The notes below the pieces were generated by a model that saw only the letters and a list, made by a program, of their open reading frames with translations, had not been told where the DNA came from and did no database searches. DNA of 58,852 nt from Mycobacteriales bacterium (GTDB lineage: Bacteria > Actinomycetota > Actinomycetes > BP-191), in NCBI GenBank assembly GCA_046715235.1, contig JBKJZO010000040.1, forward strand, positions 1 to 58,852, in the 5' to 3' direction. Shown here piece by piece: positions 7,938 to 19,350 of this stretch. Position 1 is the stretch's first letter. Each line of letters opens with the position of its first letter. Position numbers and translations under genes: made by a program.

Positions 7938-8187
7938 CGGCCCCGGTTTTGTCGACGAAGGGGGCGCTCGGATCCCACTGACACTGATCAAATCGGAGAC
8001 GTTCATGACGGTAGTGCTGAACCGGGTCTATGCGCCCGAGGAGTCGCCCGAGGATGCGACCTAATATCCCGGCTCGAGTAGCAGTCGCGCAGACCAGATC
8101 TTGACTCCGCGTCGCGCCATCGAAACACTCGCCGCGTCATGCGCGCGAGACCAGAGCGCTGGGGCACTGACCGGGTGGGGAGAAAGC

Positions 8188-9909
8188 ATGCCGTTTGTCC
8201 CGAACATGTCGCGGGACGCCCTGGCCGAGCGAGTGGCGCCTGCGCCTGCGCCTCCGGTGGCCTGGCCGTTCGTGGACGAACTGTACGACTACACGCAACT
8301 GCTCGGCCCGGGGAAGACGATTGCGTCGCTGCCCTCGGGATCGCTGACGATGCAGGTTGCGATCGTCGGCGCCGGTCCCGCCGGCATGGTGGCGGCCTAC
8401 GAGTTGCTGAAGCTGGGCCTGACGCCCGTCGTCTTCGAAGCTTCCAACCGAATCGGCGGGCGCAACTGGTCGCAGTACTTCCTCGACGGAACGGCTCCCT
8501 CGGTGGTGATCGCGGAGATGGGCGCGATGCGCGTGCCCACCCAGAACAAGGTCTTCTATTACTACGCCGATCTGTTCGGCCTGCAGTTCAGCGATTTTCC
8601 CGACCCCGGGAAGGTGCCCACGCTCCTGTACTACGAGAACGAGCTCTACGACTGGCAGCCGACCGATCCGGCGCCGCCCGGGCCGTTCGCGGCGATCAGG
8701 AACGACTTCAACGACTTCGTCGGGCCGCTCCTCACCAAGATCTGGACCCCCTGGGCGCAGCAGGACTGGACCACGGTCCAGCAGATCTGGCAGTCCTACA
8801 TCGACGAGTACAAGGACACGAGCTTCTACGAGGCGCTCGTCGAGGGGATCCCCAAGTGGTCGACCGAGGACCTGAATGCGTTCGGCGCGCTGGGCATGGG
8901 CTCGGGCGGCTTCGGCCCGCTCTACAGCGTCGGCTTCCTCGAGCTGCTCCGCATCCTCGTGAACCAGTTCGAGAGCGACCAGCAGTTGATCCAGTACGGC
9001 ATCAGCGGGCTCACCGACTGCCTTCATACGGAGAGCGTCACCTGGCCGAACGGCCAGCAGGTCTCGCTCGAAAGCCTCGGCTGCGTCTTCGCGGGAACGC
9101 GGATAGAGAAGATCCAGTATGAGCAGCTGACCGGCCAGGTGACCCTCCAGTGGAGCGAGCCGACGCCTGGCAACCAGACCTTCGACGCGGTCATTCTGGC
9201 GACGACGACACGTTCGATGGAGCTGATCGGGCTGACGACGCCGCTCCCCCAGGACAGCGTGAACTCGGTCGTCACGGAGCCCGTGAAGACGGCGCTGCGC
9301 AACCTGCATCTGATGGAGTCGTCGAAGCTCTTCATCCGGACGAAGACGAAGTTCTGGCTCGACGGGAACGGCGATCCCATCCCGGGCATGCCGCAGGCCA
9401 TCCAGACCGACGAGCTGCCACGCCAGGTCTACTGCCTGGACTACCCGCAGACCGACAACGGCGTCGTCCTCATCAGCTACACGTGGGGCGACGACTCCGC
9501 CAAGCTGCTCGCACTCACGCCGGCTCAGCGCTTCCGCAAGTTCAAGGAGATCCTCACCGTCATCCACCCCGGCTTTGCGGCGCAACTCGTCCCGATGGGC
9601 GGCGACGACCAGATCCTGAACGTCGACTGGGAGGCGGAGGCGGACTACTACGGCGCGTTCAAGCTCCAGTACCCGGGCCAGGACAGCTACGCGCAGGCGG
9701 CGTTCTTCCAGTTCCAGTCCGTGCTGGACGCGAGTGACCGCGGCGTCTACCTGGCCGGCGACAGCGTGTCGTGGGCGGGAGGGTGGACCGAGGGAGCGCT
9801 CCATACCGCGCTGAACGCGGCCTGTGCGGTGGCGCACCGCTTCGGCGGGACGCTGCCGGCGAGCTCGCCGCTCACGATCGATCCAGGGCTCTACACCTAC
9901 AGCGACTAG
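8188..9909 (+). CDS. FAD-dependent amine oxidase of the tryptophan/lysine 2-monooxygenase (IaaM-like) family
   Basis: ATG 8188 is preceded by GGGGAG. The dinucleotide fold is VAIVGAGPAGMVAAYELLKLGLTPVVFEASNRIGGR. IAEMGAMRVP matches the IaaM 'IAEMGAMRFP' motif as I recall it. The C-terminus LAGDSVSWAGGWTEGAL is typical of flavin amine oxidases. Confidence 0.85.
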   Translation: MPFVPNMSRDALAERVAPAPAPPVAWPFVDELYDYTQLLGPGKTIASLPSGSLTMQVAIVGAGPAGMVAAYELLKLGLTPVVFEASNRIGGRNWSQYFLDGTAPSVVIAEMGAMRVPTQNKVFYYYADLFGLQFSDFPDPGKVPTLLYYENELYDWQPTDPAPPGPFAAIRNDFNDFVGPLLTKIWTPWAQQDWTTVQQIWQSYIDEYKDTSFYEALVEGIPKWSTEDLNAFGALGMGSGGFGPLYSVGFLELLRILVNQFESDQQLIQYGISGLTDCLHTESVTWPNGQQVSLESLGCVFAGTRIEKIQYEQLTGQVTLQWSEPTPGNQTFDAVILATTTRSMELIGLTTPLPQDSVNSVVTEPVKTALRNLHLMESSKLFIRTKTKFWLDGNGDPIPGMPQAIQTDELPRQVYCLDYPQTDNGVVLISYTWGDDSAKLLALTPAQRFRKFKEILTVIHPGFAAQLVPMGGDDQILNVDWEAEADYYGAFKLQYPGQDSYAQAAFFQFQSVLDASDRGVYLAGDSVSWAGGWTEGALHTALNAACAVAHRFGGTLPASSPLTIDPGLYTYSD

Positions 9910-12900
9910 AGCTCTGCGAGCAGCGTCCGGGCTTCGCGGAGGTCGCCCGTCTCGAGCCCTTGACCAACCTTGCCGTACGCCTCCGACAGGAGCCGGCGCG
10001 CTGACTGAGCCTGGCCCCGGTCGCGCCAAAACCTGCCGAGGCTCGTCGCCGCCCGCAGCTCCCACGAGGTTGCGCCCTGACGCCGCGAGACCTCGAGCGC
10101 CTGTTGAAACGCCGCTTCCACCTCACCCGCGTCTGCGTCGCGCCAGAGCATCAGCAGCTCGCCTCGCAGGCGATGGAGCTCGGGCTCCCACCAGCGCTCC
10201 TCGCGACCCTCGAGGCCTGCGAGCGCGTCACTCAACACCCTCAGCCCTTCCTCGGCCTGCCCCGTCGCCCGGTAGGCCTCCGCGAGCAGACCGCGCAGCG
10301 CCGAGCGGTAGAGCAGACCACCGGTCGCCTCGTACGCGGCCAAGCTCTCCTCCATCTGCCTAACGCCCTTCTCCGCCTTGTCTTGCTCGACGAGTGTGCT
10401 TCCCTCAAGCACCGAGCTCAGCAGTCCCCAGAACGGGAACCCGAACTCGTCGCAGATCTCGATCGCGGCCGTCGCGGAGGTGAGGGCGCTCGGCTCGTCG
10501 CGACAGAGCTTGTGGAACCAGGTGTAGAAGTAGTGGGCGAAGGCGAGACTGAACGGGTGTGACAGGTTCTTCGCGCAATCGAGCGCGGCCTGCATCGAGG
10601 CTTGCGCGCGCGCGGGATCGCCAAGTGCCCACAGCGCGAGCCCTTCGTGAGTCATGAGCGCGACCCCGGTATCCGCACCACCATGGGCGAAGATCAGCGC
10701 ATGGTGCTCCGCCGGGTCGTACAGGCGGCTCCCGCGCTCGAGCTCCGGCAAGGCCTGTATGAACTCGCCCTGGTAGAAGCGCCCGATCCCGCTGAGCTGG
10801 CACGTCTCGAGCTGGAGCCCGCTGTCCTCGGGATGGAGTTCGGCGACGGCGCGGTACTGGTCGGCCATCTCGAGCGCCGAGGGTAGCGGGCCGCCGGTCA
10901 GGTAGAAAACCCACAGCCCCCAGAGGATGTTGGGGAGCTGTGGCGTCTCACCCACCCTGAGGCTCAGCTCGCGGGCCTGAGCGAACGTTCGCTCCACGTC
11001 CGCCGCGGCGTAGCCCTTGAGCGCGATCAGCGGCACGCCGAGCGTGACGTAAAGCTCGAGCTCCTGGTGCGACCGGTCGAGACCCTCCGGCAGTTGCTCG
11101 ACGAGCTCGAGCGCTCTTGCCAGGTAAGTGGTCGCCTCTTCGTTCGCGGAGCGCTCGATCGCCCGCTGTGCCGCTCGCTGCCAGTAGACGATCGCCTCCT
11201 CGTGGAGATCCGCCCCGCTGGTGTGGTGTGCGAGCAGCTCGGGCTGCGACTCCGCTGTAGCGGGAAAGCGCTCCTCGAGCGCACGTGCGATGCGCCGGTG
11301 GTACTCGCGACGCGTGGTCCTCAACATCGACTCGTAAGCGGCTTCCTCAATCAGGGCGTGCTTGATGGTGTAAAACGCTTTCGGCGGCTCTCCGCGCACG
11401 TACAGCAGCTCTGCCTCCACGAGGCTGCCCAGGTCGCGGCGCAGCGTCTGCTCTGTTGCGTTGGAGACCGACCGGAGCAAGTCGTAGGGAAACTCACGGC
11501 CGATCGCGGAACACAACTGGGCCAGCGACTTGGCGCTGCCGAGCCGGTCTAGGCGGGCCATGAGGGAGTCTTGGAGCGTTGCCGGGATCACGACTCGCGG
11601 TCGCGTTCCAGCAGGCCCCTGGTCGCTCGCCGCCTCGACCAGCGAGGACTCGAGCACCGCCTTGGTCAGCTCCTCCAAGAAAAGAGGGATCCCCTCGGCC
11701 CGAGCGACGATCTGCGCTCGAACCTCCGGTGCCAGCGCCCTGAGGCCCGCCACCGTCGCGGCCATTGCCGTCGCCTGCTCACCGTCCAGGCGGTCGAGCG
11801 CTACCTGCGTCACGCCGGGCCCGAGCACCCAGGGCGGGCGGAAGTCCGGGCGGTAGGTGAGGAGAATGAGCATTCGCCCCTGACGCACAGACTCGAGAAC
11901 GAGGCCGAGCAGTTCGAGCGTCGTTGGATCTGCCCAGTGCACGTCCTCGATCACGAACAGGACGGGCTGCTCCAGCGCTCGCGAGACGAGGACGCTCGTC
12001 AGCGCCTCCAGCGTGAGCTGCTTCTGCCGCTCGGGCGCCAGCGGCAGCGGCTCGTAGCGGCCGTCGAGTGGCAACGAGAGCAGCCTCGCGAAAAGCGGCA
12101 CCGTGTCCTCGAGCACGAAGCCGCATTGAAGGAGCCACCCCTCGAGCTTGTGGAGCTTCTGGGCCGGGCTTTCGTCCGCGGCATACTGGAGAACGATCCG
12201 CTCGAGCAGGTCGATCACGGGATAGAGGGCCGTGCTCTTGTAGTACGGCGAGCACTGACATGGAGTCAGCCAGGCACCTGGTCGCTGCGCCACGTGCTCC
12301 TCGAGGACGCGCACGAGCCGCGACTTGCCGATTCCCGCCTCGCCGCACAGGAGGACGGCCTGGCCCTCGCCTTCCTCGACCGCGCGCCAGCGTGCGAGCA
12401 GGCGGCCCACCTCGGCGTCCCGGCCGGCGAGCGGGGTCAGCCCCCGTGCAGCGGCAACGTCGAGGCGAGTGCGTGCAGTGCTCTCGCTCAGAACGCGATA
12501 GACGACGACCGGGTTCGGCACACCCTTGAGCGTGTGCGGCCCGCGCTCCTCGAAGTCGAAGTACCCGGCAACAAGGTGGTGGGTGGCTGCGCTGATCAGA
12601 GCCGAATCCGGCTCACCCAGGCTCTGGAGCCGCGCGGCGACATTCATGGTCTCGCCGAGGGCTAGCTGCTCGCGCTTCCCGCCGGCACCCATCTCGCCCG
12701 TAACGACGAGACCCGTGTCGATGCCCATCCGCACCGCGAGCCGGACGCCCTTCTCGCGCTCCAGGCGCGAGTTGAGTCCGTGCATGGCCTCGGCGAGCCC
12801 GAGCGCGCTGCGCACGGCACGCAGCGCGCTGTCCTCGTGCGCCTGCGGGTACCCGAAGTAGGCGACCACACCGTCACCGAGGTACTGGGCGATGTGTCCT

Positions 12901-13211
12901 TCGAAGCCGCCGACGACCGTGGCGCAGATGTCCTGGAAGGCATGAAGGACGTCGCGCAGATCCTCGGGGTCAAGTCGCGCCGCGAGCTCCGTCGAACCGA
13001 CGAGGTCGGCGAAGAGCACGGTCAGCTGACGGCGATCGCCCTCGGCGGGCGCCTGTACGGCATCCGCGGCGTCATCCAATGTCTCGACTCGGGCGAGCGA
13101 TGTTCCGCAGTCAGCACAGAATCTGGCCCCCGGCGCACTCTTGGAATCACACTGCGGGCACCGCGGATCCTGCTCCAAGAGACCCCTCCGTCGCCCGGGC
13201 GAGAGTCCCAT
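9906..13211 (-). CDS. Multidomain class III adenylate/guanylate cyclase: zinc ribbon + cyclase + AAA/STAND ATPase + TPR
   Basis: 1101 aa. It contains CPQCDSKSAPGARFCADCG (zinc ribbon), the cyclase core RRQLTVLFADLVGST...YLGDGVVAYFG...GETMNVAARL, a Walker A (LLCGEAGIGKSRL) and a long TPR-like C-terminus. I see no HTH at the C-terminus. Confidence 0.9.
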   Translation of the reverse strand: MGLSPGRRRGLLEQDPRCPQCDSKSAPGARFCADCGTSLARVETLDDAADAVQAPAEGDRRQLTVLFADLVGSTELAARLDPEDLRDVLHAFQDICATVVGGFEGHIAQYLGDGVVAYFGYPQAHEDSALRAVRSALGLAEAMHGLNSRLEREKGVRLAVRMGIDTGLVVTGEMGAGGKREQLALGETMNVAARLQSLGEPDSALISAATHHLVAGYFDFEERGPHTLKGVPNPVVVYRVLSESTARTRLDVAAARGLTPLAGRDAEVGRLLARWRAVEEGEGQAVLLCGEAGIGKSRLVRVLEEHVAQRPGAWLTPCQCSPYYKSTALYPVIDLLERIVLQYAADESPAQKLHKLEGWLLQCGFVLEDTVPLFARLLSLPLDGRYEPLPLAPERQKQLTLEALTSVLVSRALEQPVLFVIEDVHWADPTTLELLGLVLESVRQGRMLILLTYRPDFRPPWVLGPGVTQVALDRLDGEQATAMAATVAGLRALAPEVRAQIVARAEGIPLFLEELTKAVLESSLVEAASDQGPAGTRPRVVIPATLQDSLMARLDRLGSAKSLAQLCSAIGREFPYDLLRSVSNATEQTLRRDLGSLVEAELLYVRGEPPKAFYTIKHALIEEAAYESMLRTTRREYHRRIARALEERFPATAESQPELLAHHTSGADLHEEAIVYWQRAAQRAIERSANEEATTYLARALELVEQLPEGLDRSHQELELYVTLGVPLIALKGYAAADVERTFAQARELSLRVGETPQLPNILWGLWVFYLTGGPLPSALEMADQYRAVAELHPEDSGLQLETCQLSGIGRFYQGEFIQALPELERGSRLYDPAEHHALIFAHGGADTGVALMTHEGLALWALGDPARAQASMQAALDCAKNLSHPFSLAFAHYFYTWFHKLCRDEPSALTSATAAIEICDEFGFPFWGLLSSVLEGSTLVEQDKAEKGVRQMEESLAAYEATGGLLYRSALRGLLAEAYRATGQAEEGLRVLSDALAGLEGREERWWEPELHRLRGELLMLWRDADAGEVEAAFQQALEVSRRQGATSWELRAATSLGRFWRDRGQAQSARRLLSEAYGKVGQGLETGDLREARTLLAEL

Positions 13212-13327
13212 CGCCGTATAGGCGCGTCAAGCATCGGCGGCGCGTGGTCGGCATACGAGGCGTGTCCATTCGGTGAACATCCGGTTCCAAGATCGACGCC
13301 GCAGAGGCGGAAAGGGAGGATCGGCGA

Positions 13328-13723
13328 ATGGATCTGGATCGGTTCCCCGTCTTCGCGGCGCTCACCGACGAGCAGCGCGCGCTCGTCGCAGACCTCGTGC
13401 AGGAGGTCGAGGTCGGGATCGGGGAGGAGCTGACCCATGAGGGCGACCTCGGCTACCACTTCTTCGCGATCGAGGAGGGCACCGCAGAAGTCCTGCGCGA
13501 CGGCGAGGTCATCGCAGAGCTAGGACCCGGCGACGTCTTCGGCGAACTCGCGCTCCTGATCCGCGGCCGCCGGTCGGCGTCGGTGACCGCTCTCTCGCCG
13601 ATGCGCCTGGTCGTACTCTTCGTGCGCGACTTCCACGTGCTTGAGCGTCGCGTCCCGGAGTTCGGGCGGTTGCTGCGCGAGCAGAGCGCGAGCTACCTGC
13701 CGAGCGCCGGCTTCAGCGGGTGA
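13328..13723 (+). CDS. Stand-alone cyclic-nucleotide-binding (CNB) domain protein
   Basis: 131 aa. It has the phosphate-binding cassette FGELALLIRGRRSASVTA. RBS AAGGGAGGA lies upstream. It is transcribed divergently from the cyclase gene. Confidence 0.85.
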   Translation: MDLDRFPVFAALTDEQRALVADLVQEVEVGIGEELTHEGDLGYHFFAIEEGTAEVLRDGEVIAELGPGDVFGELALLIRGRRSASVTALSPMRLVVLFVRDFHVLERRVPEFGRLLREQSASYLPSAGFSG

Positions 13724-13794
13724 GGTGCGCGACTTCGCCGTTCGCGATCTGCGGCACTCGACGTCTGAGACGGCGCGCACGTCCGCCAGCCTCG

Positions 13795-13867
13795 TGGAGA
13801 CGAGGGGAATCGAACCCCTAACCCCCGCCTTGCAAAGGCGGTGCTCTGCCAATTGAGCTACGTCCCC
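13795..13867 (-). tRNA. tRNA-Ala (anticodon UGC)
   Basis: The reverse complement folds as a cloverleaf: GGGGACG-TA-GCTC..GAGC-A-CCGCC-TTTGCAA-GGCGG-GGGTT-AGGGG-TTCGATT-CCCCT-CGTCTCC-A. The G3:U70 identity pair is present. CCA is not encoded. Confidence 0.95.
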
Positions 13868-13902
13868 GAGGGCGCCCTGGAGCCTGAGCGCCTTCGGTCT
13901 CA

Positions 13903-14037
13903 CTAAGGAGCAGTCGGCGGGGTCGAGGTCGCCTCGGCCCACAGCGCCTGCTCGTCCTTGCGGGCCTTTGCCTTGCGGGCCGCCACCACACCGGTGATCG
14001 CCGTGAGCAACAACATCAAGCTCTTCTTCTTAGCCAT
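13903..14037 (-). CDS. Small (44 aa) membrane-anchored protein, DLW-39-like (below the ORF-track size cutoff)
   Basis: Hand translation gives MAKKKSLMLLLTAITGVVAARKAKARKDEQALWAEATSTPPTAP*. The size, the N-terminal TM, the basic stretch and the (D/A)LW motif fit the small conserved actinobacterial protein found near gyrA and the Ile/Ala tRNAs. The position between those two tRNAs also fits. Confidence 0.55.
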   Translation of the reverse strand: MAKKKSLMLLLTAITGVVAARKAKARKDEQALWAEATSTPPTAP

Positions 14038-14165
14038 GTCGCGTCCCCTTCGCTTGTGAGCGTGTCGAGACGGTACCGCAGCCGGTCTCCCGGCAGTTAC
14101 CCGGTCCGCCGTACGACGACGCCCCGGTCGGCGGGCGGCCGGGGCGTGATCTCTAGCGTTGCGAG

Positions 14166-14239
14166 TGGGCCTGGGAGGACTTGAACCTCCGGCCTCGTCC
14201 TTATCAGGGACGCGCTCTAACCGGCTGAGCTACAGGCCC
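14166..14239 (-). tRNA. tRNA-Ile (anticodon GAU)
   Basis: Reverse complement: GGGCCTG-TA-GCTC-AGCCGGTT-AGAGC-G-CGTCC-CTGATAA-GGACG-AGGCC-GGAGG-TTCAAGT-CCTCC-CAGGCCC-A. Confidence 0.95.
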
Positions 14240-14296
14240 GGGCAACCGGCACAGAGTAGCCGACCCGCCTGGGGTCACTCCACTTCGTTGCCGGCG

Positions 14297-14845
14297 TCAG
14301 TCGCGCTCGCCGAGCACGACCTCGATGCCTCCAGCGATGTCGGCACACAGGTTGTAGAGGAACGCGCCGAGCGTGGCCAGCGCGGTGAAGATCACGACGT
14401 TGATCATGCCGAGAACGGTCGCCCCGCCGATGATCACCTTGGGATTGAAGACGACGTCGATCCCGCCGGTCGGTTGGCCCGAACCGCGTGGGTCACTCTG
14501 CGTCAGTTCTTTGACGAACTTGTTGACTGAGTCGAACACCTCGAGGCGGTCGAGCGCGGCGTAGAGCGCGGCGACGGCCACCACACCGATCACCAACAAG
14601 CAGACCGAGAATAGGAGCGCGAACTTCAGCACCGACCAGGGGTCGACCCGCCGGATCGTCAGCAGCGCGCGGCGAGGGCCGAGTACGGCGATCGGCGGCG
14701 GAATGAGTGGCGCCGGCGTACTCATCGCAACCGTCGGCGGGCCGCCGAGGCTGCCGGACACATCGCGCGGCCCGAACAGATCAGCGTCAGGCAGCTCGTG
14801 TGCGGGCATGGTCGGCGGACCTCCTGGCGGATCCGTGCTTCTCAC
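14297..14845 (-). CDS. DUF3566 membrane protein (Rv0007-like)
   Basis: [23 protein letters not shown]...[40 protein letters not shown]. It occupies the conserved position downstream of gyrA. Its GTG start overlaps the gyrA stop (GTGA, 14842-14845). Confidence 0.85.
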   Translation of the reverse strand: MRSTDPPGGPPTMPAHELPDADLFGPRDVSGSLGGPPTVAMSTPAPLIPPPIAVLGPRRALLTIRRVDPWSVLKFALLFSVCLLVIGVVAVAALYAALDRLEVFDSVNKFVKELTQSDPRGSGQPTGGIDVVFNPKVIIGGATVLGMINVVIFTALATLGAFLYNLCADIAGGIEVVLGERD

Positions 14846-17340
14846 GTCTTGCCCTCCGGGGTCGGACCTGATTCGTCCTCAGTGTCCTCGACATTTCTCG
14901 CCACCGCCGTTAGCGATGTGCCCGAGTCAAGATTGATGAGCTTGACGCCCATGGTGGAGCGCTGCGCCCGGCGTACCTGCTTGGCCGTGGTGCGGATGAC
15001 GACGCCCGACGACGTGATCGCGAACAGCTCCTCGTCGGGCCGCACGATCAGCGCCCCTACGAGCTGCCCGCGCTTGGCCACGATCCTGGCGGTGAGAACA
15101 CCCTTACCGCCGCGTCCCTGCACGGGATACTCGACGACCTTGGTGCGCTTGGCGAAACCGCCGTCGGTGGCTACGAGCACATCCTGATCGTCGCCGCGCA
15201 CGACCTCCATGGCGAGCAGTTCGTCGCCGTCGCCCAGGCGCATGCCGATGACGCCTGAGGTTGCGCGGCCCATCGGCCGGCAGTCGGACTCCTTGAACCG
15301 GATCGACTGCGCCTGCTTGCTCACCATCAGCAGGTCCTCGTCGCCGTTGGTCAGCGACGCGGCGATCAGCTCGTCGTCCTCGCGCAGGTTGATCGCGATC
15401 AGCCCGCCGGAGCGGTTGGAGTCAAACTCCTTCAGCGACGTCTTCTTCACCAAGCCCTTGCGAGTGCCGAGCACGAGGAACGGCGCGATCTCGTAGTCGG
15501 GAATGTCGATCACTTGCGCGATCTTCTCCCCCGGCTGGAACGCCAGGATGTTGGCGATGTGCTGGCCTCTGGCCGTACGCGCCGCCTCCGGCAACTCGTG
15601 CGCCTTCGCCCGGTAGACGCGACCCTTGTCGGTGAAGAACAGGATCCAGTGGTGCGTCGTCGTCACGAAGAAGTGCTCGACAATGTCGTCCTGCTTGAGC
15701 TGTGCGCCCTGTACACCGCGGCCGCCACGTTTCTGCGATCGGTACAGGTCGGTCTTGGTGCGCTTGCCGTAGCCGCCGCGGGTCACTGTGACGACGACGT
15801 CTTCTTGTGCGATGAGGTCCTCGAGGGACATGTCACCCTCGTAAGCGATCAGCCTGCTGCGCCGCTCGTCGCCGTACTTCTCGACGATCTCGCCCAGCTC
15901 ATCGTGGATGATCTGCCGCTGCCGCGCCGGGTTGGCGAGGATGTCCTGCAGGTCAGCGATCTCCGTCATGATCTCGTCGTATTCGTCGATGAGCCGCTGC
16001 CGCTCCAGCGCAGCGAGACGGCGCAGCTGCATGTCGAGGATCGCAGTCGCCTGCAGCTCGTCGATGTCGAGCAGCTCAATCAGACCGGCCCGCGCGGTGT
16101 CGACCGTGTCGCTGGCCCGGATCAACGCGATGACGGCGTCGAGTGCGTCGAGTGCCTTGAGGTAGCCGCGCAGGATGTGCGCGCGTTCTTCCTTCTTGCG
16201 CAGCCTGTAGCGGGTGCGCCGGACGATGACTTCGACCTGGTGCGCGACGTAGTAGCGCACCATCTCATCGAGGCGCAGAGTGCGCGGTACGCCGTCGACG
16301 ATCGCAAGCATGTTGACGCCGAAGCTGTCCTGCAGCTGCGTGTGCTTGTAGAGGTTGTTGAGCACGACCTTCGCGACGGCGTCGCGCTTGAGCACGATGA
16401 CCAGGCGCATGCCGACGCGTGCCGAACCCTCGTCGCGGATGTCGGCGATGCCCGCGACCTTGCCCTGGCTGACCAGCTCGGCGATCTTCAGCGCGAGATT
16501 GTCGGGGTTGACCTGGTAGGGCAGCTCGGTGACGACGAGGATCGTGCGGCCCTTCTTGTCCTCGTCGACTTCGACGACAGCGCGGGTGCGCACCGAGCCG
16601 CGGCCGGTGCGGTAGGCCTGCTCGATGCCGTCGCGACCGACGATCAATGCGCCGGTCGGGAAGTCGGGGCCCTTGATCCGCTCGATGAGAGCTTCGAGCA
16701 GTTCCTCCGCGGATGCGTCCGGGTTCAGCAGCGCCCACTGGACGCCGGCAGCCACCTCGCGCAGGTTGTGCGGCGGAATGTTGGTCGCCATACCGACCGC
16801 GATGCCCGAGCTGCCGTTGACGAGCAGGTTAGGAATCCGGCTCGGCAGGATCACCGGCTCCTGCGAACGCCCGTCGTAGTTGTCAACAAGATCTACGGTG
16901 TCCTCGCCAATATCCCGCAACATTTCCATTGCAAGTGGCGCTAGACGGCACTCTGTATATCTCATGGCAGCTGCTGGATCGTTGCCGGGTGAGCCGAAGT
17001 TGCCGTTGCCGTCGACGAGCGGGGCACGCAGGGACCATGGCTGGGCGAGGCGCACCAACGTGTCGTAGATCGCGGTGTCACCGTGGGGGTGGTAGTTGCC
17101 CATCACGTCGCCGACGACGCGCGCGCACTTCACATAGCCGCGGTCGGGCCGGTAGCCGCCTTCGAACATCGCGTAGAGCACGCGCCGGTGCACCGGCTTG
17201 AGACCGTCGCGTACGTCGGGCAGCGCGCGCCCGACGATGACCGACATCGCGTAGTCCATGTAGGACCGGTGCATCTCGACTTCGATGCCGACCGGTTCTA
17301 CGCGATCTCCGGGCGGGGCGGGCGGGGCTTCGTCAGTCAC
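14842..17340 (-). CDS. gyrA: DNA gyrase subunit A
   Basis: 832 aa: [33 protein letters not shown]...HPHGD..., with C-terminal beta-pinwheel repeats. Confidence 0.98.
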   Translation of the reverse strand: MTDEAPPAPPGDRVEPVGIEVEMHRSYMDYAMSVIVGRALPDVRDGLKPVHRRVLYAMFEGGYRPDRGYVKCARVVGDVMGNYHPHGDTAIYDTLVRLAQPWSLRAPLVDGNGNFGSPGNDPAAAMRYTECRLAPLAMEMLRDIGEDTVDLVDNYDGRSQEPVILPSRIPNLLVNGSSGIAVGMATNIPPHNLREVAAGVQWALLNPDASAEELLEALIERIKGPDFPTGALIVGRDGIEQAYRTGRGSVRTRAVVEVDEDKKGRTILVVTELPYQVNPDNLALKIAELVSQGKVAGIADIRDEGSARVGMRLVIVLKRDAVAKVVLNNLYKHTQLQDSFGVNMLAIVDGVPRTLRLDEMVRYYVAHQVEVIVRRTRYRLRKKEERAHILRGYLKALDALDAVIALIRASDTVDTARAGLIELLDIDELQATAILDMQLRRLAALERQRLIDEYDEIMTEIADLQDILANPARQRQIIHDELGEIVEKYGDERRSRLIAYEGDMSLEDLIAQEDVVVTVTRGGYGKRTKTDLYRSQKRGGRGVQGAQLKQDDIVEHFFVTTTHHWILFFTDKGRVYRAKAHELPEAARTARGQHIANILAFQPGEKIAQVIDIPDYEIAPFLVLGTRKGLVKKTSLKEFDSNRSGGLIAINLREDDELIAASLTNGDEDLLMVSKQAQSIRFKESDCRPMGRATSGVIGMRLGDGDELLAMEVVRGDDQDVLVATDGGFAKRTKVVEYPVQGRGGKGVLTARIVAKRGQLVGALIVRPDEELFAITSSGVVIRTTAKQVRRAQRSTMGVKLINLDSGTSLTAVARNVEDTEDESGPTPEGKT

Positions 17341-17394
17341 GTGCTTCCTTCCGAGGTCTTACGCGAGCAAGCGGCGTACGGGGCAGAAATCCCT

Positions 17395-19350
<1,956 letters not shown>

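Noticed and set aside
8005-8064. 19-codon mini-ORF as a feature
   Set aside because: Only an SD-like GGAG supports it. There is no evidence of conservation. It is mentioned in a finding only.
8137-10065. 642-aa minus-strand ORF antisense to the amine oxidase (also 8139..9122 + and 9150..9737 +)
   Set aside because: The product is Arg/Glu/Leu/Val-rich with no motifs and is exactly co-extensive with a gene that has clear FAD-oxidase motifs. This is typical shadow-ORF behaviour in high-GC DNA.
13724-14296. Integrase, att repeat or other mobile-element signature next to the tRNA genes
   Set aside because: No recombinase-like ORF or duplicated tRNA 3' segment is visible in the window.
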